Origin: Lingula anatina
Lineage: Eukaryota; Animalia; Brachiopoda
Direction of reading: 5' to 3'
Assembly (NCBI GenBank): GCA_051362555.1
Contig: CM120640.1
Location: 7,564,001-7,628,000, forward strand
DNA length: 64,000 bases
Of this stretch, positions 1-10,740 are shown piece after piece. The notes under the pieces are model-generated. The model saw only the letters and a program-made list of their open reading frames with translations, searched no databases and was not told the origin of the DNA. Every line of letters starts with the position of its first letter. Position 1 is the first letter of the stretch. The position numbers and the translations under genes are program-made.

Positions 1-420
1 TAAGATTATTTGTGATATTTGATTGTGATGCTTAATAGAATGTAGCAACAGATTGTGTTTTTGTATTTTAATGGACATTTTATATGCATGGTTTGTAAAG
101 TGATATAGAATATGACATTTATTTTACAATGCTATATGTTTGGTTTGTGGCTAATTATAGTTAAGATATCTTTCATGGCATTGTGCAAGATCACATCCGT
201 TATTATGTGATTAGAAGTTCAAGATGTTTGTTCATGTTAAAGAAATTTGGATAGATCAGTCACCCTAAGGACCGCATAACAAGTCCACTTACAGAGTCCC
301 TATTTAAACATCTTTCCAAAATATTTATTGGACTAACATTTTCTCTCTTATTTAGATTTATTATTTCATCTTCACCAGTGTTGTGGTTTTTTCTTTTACA
401 TAAACAACTAGAATGCATTA

Positions 421-2639
421 CGGTAAAGTCTTGAAAATTTCGTCGCTTAAAAATTAATTAATATTTTTAATTGTGTAAATCCGACTAATTTTTCAAAATT
501 ACCTCTCCCCGACTCCTGGGTATGACGAAATTTTCAAAAATCCGGCCTTTGGGCTTTTATCCTTAGCGACTGTTATCTTTGACCCTCCTATATTGTGGGA
601 TATTTAAAACTACTTCCTAAGTCGTTTTCTGGTGGTAAATAATAATATATTTATTACTGCATCTCGATTAAGTTAAATTTAACTTACTGTACCCGAAAAT
701 GTGTTGAGAATTATCTTCTCGGTAAGAAACATACCTCCTGATAGAGGAGAAGGATCAAGATAAGCTTAATTGCCTCCTTGCATTATAACCTGGCCGCGAC
801 ATATTTGAAAAAAATTATGCACTTGGCAACGTTTGTTGCATGCAGGGCTTTTCCCAGGATTGAATGTCAGGCCTTCTAAAAGTACCATCTGTAACTTCCT
901 AAAAATTTACAGGGAGTTAAAATAATTGCTCCCGCAGACGATCTTCCGCAATTTAAGTCTCTTGAACTTATATGAAAACTGAACGATCTCCCGATGATGA
1001 TATGAAAATTGCCTTTTCGTCTCGCTCGGATCGCGAACGATCTCCCTCTGACGATCTTACGCGAACAAAGTCCTGGCGATATATTACGCAAACGATTCTT
1101 CGCCGAAGATACATGTATGCCGTGAGCGGGGAAGGGGGGGGGGGGTTAAAGATGAAATTAAAAATATATATTATTTATAATATTCAAAGGGGAGGGGGGG
1201 TTAAAATAATGATCTCCCGCTGACGATCGTTTGCAAACTAAGTTCCTTGAACTAATATGAAAACTGCATTTTATTATTGCTTACATCGCTAACAATCTCC
1301 CGACGATGATATGAAAATTGCCTTTACGTCAAGCTAGGATCGCGAACGATCTCCCTCTGATATGATCTTACGCGAACAAAGTCCTGAGGATATTACGCGA
1401 ACGATTCTCCGCCGAATATATACCGTGAGCGGGGGAGGGGGGCTGTTTAAAGATAAAATGAAAAAGGTATTTTTTAAATCCAAAGTGTGTGTGTCTGGGG
1501 TCTGGGGGGGGGGGGGGAGAGTGAAATAATGATCTCTCGCTGACGATCTTCCGTTAACGAAGTTCCCTAAATCCCTTGAACTAATATAAAAATTGCATTT
1601 CATTCTTGCTTACATCGCAAACGATCCCGCGATGATTATCTTACGCGAACGATTCTCCGCCGAAGATATGCCATGAGCGGGGAAGGGGGGGGGGGGGGGT
1701 TAAGATAAAATGAAAATGTATATATTATTTATTAAATTCAAAGGGGGGGGGGGTTAGAATAGTGATCTCCCGCTGACGATCTTTTGCAAACTAAGTTCCT
1801 TGCACTAATTTGAAAATTGCATTTCATTCTTGCTTACATCGCGAACGATCTCCCGATGATGACATGAAAATTGCCTTTTCGTCTCGCTCGGATCGCAAAC
1901 GATCTCCCGCTGATGATCTTACGCGAACGGAGTCTGCTATAAATATGAAAATTTTCTTCTTGTCTCGTTTGGATCGCGAACGATCTGTTGACAATATTAC
2001 GCGAAAGATTCTCTGCTGAAGCTATGAAAATTGCCATCTCGTCCCATTCGCATTGCGAACGATCTCCATGGATGAGCCAGGTAATTGTTAAATGGTCCTA
2101 AATTGAACATGGACATGAATAGAAGTGACGGGTACATTTCCCTTCGAGATAATATCTTTATTTTTCATTGTGTCTTCCTCATTAAGGACAGCCGCCGATA
2201 ACAATAACGGCGTTACAAATGACAAAGCCGCGGCCTGTGACTTTTATTTGCCGGCTTGATAACGCACCTTGAGCCAGGTAATAGTAATGAAACTATTTAG
2301 ACAAAAGGCCGATGTTCCCGCAATTAAGAACGGGGATTCACATCTTAACCACTTATATTGTGAGTAACCGCTCGCAGGGGCGCACTATTGTTCCTATCTC
2401 CCATTGAGAGTGTTATCGGCAATGATATCCTGATCGTATTATTGTCTTGAATCAACTGACGCATTACCTTCATGTTTGAGCTGGACAACGCGGCCATATT
2501 TGGTGACGAACTTTTCAAAAATTATTGAGTACCTCATTTTCAAGGTCGACGAAGTTTTCAAGGGGAAAAAAATTACCTCGGCGGAAAATCGTCTGCCGAC
2601 GAAATTTTCAAGAACGACGAAATTTTCAAGACTTTACCG
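421..2639. mobile_element. Non-autonomous TIR DNA transposon (~2.2 kb) with TA target-site duplication
   Basis: Perfect 25-bp TIR CGGTAAAGTCTTGAAAATTTCGTCG at 421-445 and its reverse complement ending at 2639. TA at 419-420 and 2640-2641. Subterminal GACGAAATTTTCAA-like motifs are reiterated near both ends. Internal degenerate ~250-300 bp repeats with poly-G runs. No transposase ORF. Confidence 0.85.
915..2070. repeat. Degenerate internal tandem repeats (ACGATCTCCC motif, poly-G tracts) inside the TIR element
   Basis: CC(G/A)TGAGCGGGG recurs at ~1120, 1422 and 1671; many GAACGATCT/GATCTCCCG copies; explains the repetitive spurious ORFs at 876-2037. Confidence 0.75.
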
Positions 2640-3305
2640 TATGTCACATGTGAAACAGTTGGCTTGGTTGATAGTTTTGCTTTTTATATATATATATATA
2701 TTGAATTTCCTAAATAAACACAACCTAGGTCTGAATAAGCATTTCTGTAAAATAATCTCTCTGTCATCTCTGTCATTTGGTTACGTAAGTCTTAAAATGG
2801 TTTAAGTCGATGAAATCATATTGAAATAATACTCAATGATTTTACCCAATATGTACACATGTAATGAATGTTGGGATCATACCTGGCCTTGTACATGGAA
2901 TTGCCTTTTTTTTTTCTTCTCTGTACAATGTCTGGTACATGTAAATGAATGGAGTTGTGTAATGAGTCGTGTTTTGTTATGTACAGACACTGTTGTGCCT
3001 GTATGTTTCACCATCACCAGTCTGCCAGCTTTCCTGACAACACATTAACTTGAATATGATATTTTTAATTAATCAAGTGCCATATTTGTTTGGAGTCAAC
3101 TATAACCTTTTGATGAATCATAGAGGAGATCAGGATTATCATGTTATCGGCAATTCTAAGTAGTTTGTTCTAGCTTTACATTTGTAAGTATTTTAGAGAT
3201 ATTCTTTGAAATTCACCAGAACAAGTCACAGTTTTTCACTGTACTTCTGAGTGTTTACTAATGCTATCTCTTCTTTCTTTGCTGACCATACTCAAATCTG
3301 CTAAG

Positions 3306-3311
3306 GCTTCG
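3306..3311 (+). CDS. APBA: Candidate 6-nt microexon (GCT TCG = Ala-Ser) of the X11/Mint gene
   Basis: AAG acceptor at 3303-3305 and perfect GTAAGT donor at 3312. Upstream TACTAAT branch-like site (3256-3262), pyrimidine tract and TGC motifs. Phase 0, compatible with the next exon (10107, [10 protein letters not shown]...). Confidence 0.6.
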
Positions 3312-4779
3312 GTAAGTCTGAGGGTTAAAAAGCAATGGAGAATATGTTTGGATCACTGTCTGTGGATTTTTGTGCCCACTTTTCAATAAGAAATTGTCAA
3401 CTCAGCTTTTTGTCCTTCTACAATCTGATACATGATTGGAATGATGATGCATGTGTTAAAACCTAAATCTAAGTTGTCTGAGATATTTTTGATAATAGTA
3501 AGTTGAATGTGCATGTCAATGATTTCTATAAAATTGATGTGGCTGTGTATTTGCTGTACAGCTTATTGTCTCATTTAAACTAGTAGTTTCTTTTCTTTTC
3601 TTGTTAGTGGCCAGTGCATTCCCGTGATTGTGTCTAAAGTTTCCACATGGTCAAATATTTTGTGAAATTGTCACGAGTGCTAAATTGCTTTAAGTGGCTC
3701 TCCCAACTCATAATTGCAACTCATATCCAGAGAGGTTTTTTTTTCCAAATCCAATATCGAAGTCAAAAGGATGCAGGATAACTATTTATTTGCAGTCTAA
3801 AGGGAAGGGAAATGACACTTCCTTTTGATGTTCAATTATTATGGCCTTTATCATTTACCCAGTCTATATGGCCATTGCCCAATCATCATACATTCTACAG
3901 TTGTGCCGACTTTTCAAACACAGTATGCTGAAATTTTGTTACTTAATACAACGCATGAATTGGGTAAAGATATTTAATGTAGGGTAAGAAATATTTTTCT
4001 CAGTATGTCTGTATTATTAAGTAAGAGTTGTGAGGCAAGTAAATAGGACATTAGCAAGAAACCAGGATTTATTATGGTTTAATCTGAAAAAAGGAATAGA
4101 CTTGAACATATCCCTTTTTTCAGATGTTTTGTTTTCATTAAATTGAAAACCTCTTGTATCTTTTCTCATTTTATGTACAGTCACAGTGTGTCTGTTTATA
4201 AAGGGATCCCAGCGTCTTTTGTCACAGTTGTTATCTTTGCTGCCTTACATTCTGTTGCAGTCTTTGTTTGGATTTACCAAATAACACTGCTATTTGATCT
4301 GAAACTTAGGATACCTTGATAGACTTCCATGGGCCTGCATAAGAGAAAAAAGTGTGTCTGTGTAGATAAGCCAACAAAGCATCTTAACCCTCATCCACAA
4401 GGAAATGGAACCCTACGTAAAACCTGAAATGGCGTAATGAAAATGTGACTCCCCCTATGAAACTTTGACTCCCCCCCCCCCCCCCAAAAAAAAAGTTTGC
4501 AGGTAAAACTTTTCATGAAAAAAAAAAAAAATTAAAGATTTGTATTTTACCACCCAAGGAATCCCCTATGAAAAAGCTATTTATATGATATTTGATTATC
4601 ATTCTGACATCTTTTCTTTGAGGATACTTTATGAAGAATATATTGAAAGTATTTGAAAATTTGATGGTAAAAAATTGGGTGAAAAAAAAACACATGAAAA
4701 ATAAGAAAAATTAAGGATTTGTATTCTAACACCCAATGACTCCCCTATAAAAAAGCTATTTATTTGATATTTGATGATA

Positions 4780-6644
4780 ATTAGTACCACCAGCGTGTAC
4801 GCTGGCGGTACTCATGGTTTTAGTCCCGACCCGTCTCGTACAGCTCCGCCGGCTCCGCCGGCTCCTGCGGCTCCGCAGGATGACGTGGGATACAAGTCAC
4901 CGTTACCGCTTCTCCTCCTAGACCGCAAGGACCTGTGTCCCCATCTCTTGGATTTAGGTCACATATAATCTCAACTTGAACACCCAGGTTTTTTGTCTCA
5001 GTTGGTGCATTGGCCTGGGCGTGACGCTCGTTGAAACGCACCCTTGTCAAAATTTTTGAAAATTCAATGCTAAATATCTCCCAAACCAATGGAATTATGG
5101 GAAAAATTTCTACAGATGGCTGACCGAAAGGCATATGTGAGGATTTCAAATATGCCCTTGGATTTGACCTTTGACCTTTATTTCAAGGTCAAATGGGCCA
5201 AAATTTTCTAAAAATTGGAAATTTTTGCAAGAAAATTTTTATTTCAGCCAATTTTCAGAAACTAAACAGATCTTACCTATAATATTATGGGCAGGTGTTA
5301 CCCTTAGGGTCATCTTTCATTTTTGTGAGTTTGGGGTCAATCGGTGCATTTTCATGGTAGCAGCAGCTATTAGATGTCGAAACTGAAAACTCTCTCTAAT
5401 TCTGGTACTGTTAATGCTAGAGACCTCTTGTTTTATGCATTTTGTAGAACTTGTCAAGGGCAACACTGGGGGGTGGTGTCTATTTTTTTGTTTTCAATAC
5501 GGCTAAGGCATTGCACTATATCAAAAAGTTCAACATCCTAAATTCAGTGGTGAAAATAAAATGTGAAATACTCAAAAATTAGCAGAGATATGCCCATAGT
5601 TACTTTTGAACTTGAATAGGAAGTCATATACTGGTAATATAACTGTGACCTTGAAATTGACCTTTGACCTACTTTTCATGATGAAATGCACTTTGCAAGT
5701 TTTCTGATCTTTATATCTCCAAAACTGGCAAAGCTACGCCCATGGTTACTATTGAACTTGAATAGGAAGTCATATAATGGCAATCTAACTGTGATCCTGA
5801 AATTGACATCTGACCTAATTTTCACCATGAACTGAACTTTCAAATTTTCCAGCCCTTATATCTCCAAAACTGGCAGAGGTACATCCATAGTTACTGTTGA
5901 ACTTGAGTGGGAAGTCATATACTGGTAATCTAACTGTGACCTTGAAATTGACCTTTGACCTACTTTTCACCATTAACTGAACTTTGAAAAAATTCTCTCC
6001 CTTATATCTCAAAAACTGGCAGAGATAAGCCCATAGTTACTATTGAATCTAAATAGGAAGTCTTATACTGGCAATCTAACTGTGACCTTGAAATTGACCT
6101 TTGACCTACTTTTTATGATGAACTGTACTTTGCATGTTTTCTGACCTTTACATTTCCAAAATTGGCAAGGAAATGCCCATAGTTACTATTGAACTTGAAT
6201 AGAAAGTCATGTACTGTGACCTTGAAATTGACCTACTTTTTCATCATGAACTGAACTTTGCATATTTTTGTGCCCCTCACATCTTCAAAACAAGCAGAGA
6301 TATGCCCAGTGTTGCCCCTAGGTTTTCTCTTTTCTCAGCATATATGCAACACTGATAACTCATTTCAAGGAAAAGCAATAGGCCTATTGTCCAGAAAATC
6401 ACAGGAGTGATCAATGTTAGGAAAATACAGGCCAATTGGAAAATCCGCTTGATTGAACCATTTTTATGTTATATTTTTTTCGATTTTTTTTTCATACTTT
6501 GAGAATTCTTGTTTATTGCATAGAGCTTGTCAAGGACAAGACTGGTTGTGGTGTCCCTTTTTGGGGGGGTTTCCATTCGAATGCTCTTACTCCAGCTGGT
6601 GGTACAATATCCGGAGGCGGTATCGCCTCTCTAATCCTCTAGTT
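4780..6644 (+). mobile_element. Helentron/HINE-type (Helitron superfamily) non-autonomous element, family A, copy 1
   Basis: 5' hairpin GTACCACCAGCG-tgta-CGCTGGCGGTAC (4784-4811). 3' subTIR GCTGGTGGTACAAT, hairpin GAGGCGGTATCGCCTC (6614-6629) and CTAG-TT end (6639-6644). Internal 146-bp tandem array. A homologous copy lies at 50926-53408 in the opposite orientation. Confidence 0.8.
5570..6310. repeat. 146-bp tandem satellite (~5 units) inside Helentron copy 1
   Basis: AACTGTGA(C/T)C anchor at 5641, 5787, 5932, 6078 and a deleted unit at ~6212. Confidence 0.9.
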
Positions 6645-9600
6645 CTGACATCTTTTCTTTTAGGATACTTTATGAAGAATATATTGAAAATAATTGAAAG
6701 TTTGAATGGTAAAATACTGGGTGAAAATAATTTACGAAATTCTTCATTTTCATATGCATGGGATTTGGACTCCTATGGACTCCTATTATATTTGCTGTTG
6801 TTTTTCTCATTTTTCCCAAAGTTGAATGAAAAATGGGGATTGATGATTTTAAATGGATAATAAATTTGCATTCTTGTACCCATAGGATTTTGACTCCCTA
6901 TAGTCTTTCAAATATTTCCAATATAATCTTCATAAAGTAAAAGTTAAAGAAAGGTGTTGAAATGATCATCAAATATTAAATAGATAGCTTTTTCACAGGG
7001 GAGTCACTGGGTGATAAAATGCACATTTTTAATTTTCTTATTTTTCATGTTTTTTTTTTTTTTAGTTTTTTCACCCAATACTTTACCATCAAACTTTCAA
7101 ATATTTCCAATATAATCTTCATAAAGTAAATTTAAAGGAAAGATGTAGAAATGATCATCCAATATCAAATAAATAGCTTTTTCATAAGGGAGACAATGGG
7201 CAGTAAAGTGCACATTTTTAATTTTCTTATTTTTCATGAAAATTTTCACCTGCAAACTAAAAAGTGCCAATGTATCCTCCATTTTACATACTACAAGATC
7301 ACAGTCATATACTCAAATAAAATAAGATTTATGAAGTTTTGTGGAGGGGGAGTCAAATTTTCATGGGGGGAGTCAGATTTTCATTATGAAAATCTGACTG
7401 GGGGAGTCAGATTTTCATGGGAGTCAGATTTTCATGTTACAACGGTCCTTTGCTCGCTTTACCTCCACCTGGGTGAGTATACACTGTGTATGGAACATGC
7501 GGAAAATCATTTTTTTATGTAATAATGATAGATTTAAACTGATATCTGCATATCAGGTGACCAAGGTGACTGATTACTCATAAATAATAATTCCTCCAGG
7601 TCTTGAATCTTTCACAGGCAGATTTCATTGACCATACTGATAGTCATAGCACACATGATATTGCTTGTGTAAAGCATTTGATAGCAAAGATATTTGAGGT
7701 TACATAGACTTATTTATCCCATGTGGAAGTAAAATTATCAAGGGACTGGGCCTCAGAGGCCCGGTTTCCAGGAAATGGGACTAACTTTTGGAAAAGTTAA
7801 TTTCTACATTTGGTGTAAATTATTTCAAAACTAATTATTAATCCATTGATGGGGTATAAGTTGCTTGAGGATTACATGAAAGGACCAGGCTCAAAACCTC
7901 ATGCGAACGAAGAGAGAGCAAAAGATACATGGGTCCGGGCCTGCGAGGCCCCTGAAAGGTGATTGAGGGTTAACCAAGTTGCCATCATGCTTTCTATCAA
8001 GTCTGTCTTATAAAGCATTAACCGTCCTTTATTGGGCACACTTTGGTTCATTCTTCATACTATACTGTTACGCCTTCCTGGCCAAGTGCTTTTATGAAGG
8101 TACAAAAAAACACAATACTCACTGGTGTAAGTCACTAATTCAAGACCCAAAGAACCAACAGGGAGCCGTAAGAGTCAAAGAAGACCAAAAAGCGCTAAGA
8201 GAAGCCGTAAGAGACCCCAAAGAGACCGATTTATTTCAAGTCACACCTTATATACATGTTCAGATAGTACACGTGTACCAATCAGAACCAATTATACAAC
8301 GAACAGTTTTACCTTTAAGTTACCAATCACAGGAGAGATTCAAACTTGCACACCAGACTATACTTTACTTGTAGAGACATCTACCAGTAGCAATATAAAA
8401 CAATCTCAACTAACACAATACGTCACAATACTTATATATGAATTTTTCACTGATGAGCCAGTTTTAACTTTAAAATCTAGCATGAAATAGTCTTGCCTGA
8501 TGGATATATGTGCAGATTTTTTGATAACTGTCTGTACATATGCCAGCTCTGCTGTCTGTTTTTAAAATTATTTTGGCAGATAAAGAATGGGCATTATACA
8601 TAAGTTGTTTTCATTAAAAGTAGATTAACATATTACCATATTGCTCTAAAATAGAGAACAGAAAGTCAATACTTTCATCACAGTTGTTTTTTCTTTAATC
8701 AGTACATGCAATATGATTTCATAAATTGTTAAATGTTCGATTAAGTAGGAATTTTTGCCCTCAGTCTGTACAGATATATGTATATACTTTTTTTTTTAAC
8801 ACCGAGACAACGTAATGCAGGCTCTCTTCCCTTAGCACTTGTTTTCTTTTCAATAAGCTAAAATTTAGGAATTTTTTGTTATTCTGTAACCTTTATGATG
8901 GCTGTTTATTTTCCAGCTTTACTGTCTAGTTCTGCAATATTTTTAATCAGAATTGCTCAGACCTTATTTAGCTCATTTGTTTCTTTAAATAGTTTTTTGT
9001 TATAGAAAGTAGGTATAAGTGGACAGTACATATTCACCTGTATGTGTCTGATAGACAAATAGGAGTGTAAAGGATGTTGCTAGTCTTGTTGATAGTCATA
9101 CTCCTTTTCTTTGTCTTATATCCTTATTAAATTTGTGAAGGCTCTTTTTCTACTGAAAAATATGTATGTGGAATTATTTTATCATTGTAAAGCTTGGTTC
9201 AGATCATATTGGTTTATATTTTTATTCAGTTTTTAAAACCCTATTTGTATTATGTAAGCAAGAAAAATCCATTCATAACCAAATATCCGTATACAGGATT
9301 TGTATTGGAATAGGTAACAGGTAGTTTTGCATCCATGTTAGTGTTTTTATGACTTTATTTTTTGTTTTGATATTTATGCATGCTACTACATACTTGTATT
9401 TACTGTATAGTGCTATTAACAGGATATTGTATTCTTATAAACTAGTGAAACCTTTTTATTTGTAAATGACATATTAACAATACCTTATGGAATTCTTTTA
9501 CAGGAGATATTGTTTACTATCAGTATCTTCTTTACACAGAAAATATAATGTTCAATATTGATTTAAAAGGCTGAAGATATAAATTTGAAGGTAGCCATAT

Positions 9601-10106
9601 GTTTATTGTCAGTATAGTTGTCTTCAGATTTGAAGGCCTTAATTACTGCATGGTTTTAGAATATATGTATATGTTAAGTTACATATTAGGTTTTGGTGGG
9701 CTATTTGGATTGAAGGTTTAGTTTTGAAGTTTTGCATATATATTTTAGTAAATTTGAAGTTGATTTTTAAAATTAATTCAATATGGATACTGTTTATAAT
9801 GGTCATGTGATTTCTTTTCTTTCTTTTTAACATAGGCAATGGGTTCTATACACTTTGGTAAAAAATACAAGGTACAAATCACACAATTCAGACAAGCATT
9901 TTATACTTTAGGATTTCATAAGACTCCCCATTCTTTGATCACATTTCAGCTGAATCCCACAGCCTGACTTTTTGGGAAAATAAGAAAATGATTTTCCTTG
10001 AATCTGAATAATGCATCATAAAGATTCTCTGTATTGTTTTTGTTAACCTTTACACGTTATCTGTTTATATGTAGTCTAAGGAGGGTTGTTTGGTCTATTA
10101 ATCTAG

Positions 10107-10257
10107 GCCCCAGCAGGGGAGAACCAGCCTAGCACAGCAGTTGACTTGTTTGTGTCCACAGAGAAAATTATGGTGCTTAATACGGATCTTAAGGTAAGTT
10201 TTTTTTTCTAATACCTGTGGTTGATTTCTAAGATGAATAATATGATCATAATTCTAC

Positions 10258-10295
<38 letters not shown>

Positions 10296-10697
10296 GTGTT
10301 AAAGTAACATTAGAAAAAAACATTGTGAGGATATCTTGCATTAAGACTACACTGCCAATAAGTCTGTCAAGGACCAGATAGGTAGAGTATATTCTATGTA
10401 CATAAAATATTTTGAATAACTTTTATTTACTTAAGGAAATCATGATGGACCATGCTCTCCGTACCATATCCTACATTGCTGACATAGATGACATTGTGGT
10501 CATCATGGCCCGTAGGCGCCTTATTACAAGTCCTGGGGATGAACTGTTACGCAAAAAGAAACAAGCCAAAATTCTGTGCCATGTGTTTCATTCAGATGAG
10601 GTAAGTTGGCATGGTTTTGATGTAAATTATGTGATAATTCTCTGTGGACCAAAATTTTATTTGTTCATCTCTCCAGAGAATACTAGTTTTTCTGTAT

Positions 10698-10740
<43 letters not shown>

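Larger units (their letters stand above)
4433..7445. mobile_element. Foldback-like non-autonomous DNA transposon with long inverted arms (interrupted by a nested Helentron)
   Basis: Left ATGAAAATGTGACTCCCCCTATGAAACTTTGACTCCCC (~4437-4475) mirrors GGGGAGTCAAATTTTCATGGGGGGAGTCAGATTTTCAT (~7347-7384). The ~180-190 bp sub-repeats at 4500-4780 plus 6645-6730 are the reverse complement of 6900-7258. The left end appears truncated. Confidence 0.75.

Noticed and set aside
876-2037. Several overlapping ORFs with repeated RERSPDDD peptides
   Set aside because: They are translations of the internal repeats of a non-autonomous transposon, with no domain or splice support.
7979-8374. 131-aa ORF in the APBA intron with a short GAGCCGTAAGAG repeat
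   Set aside because: No recognisable domain and no convincing splice sites; probably a repeat remnant.
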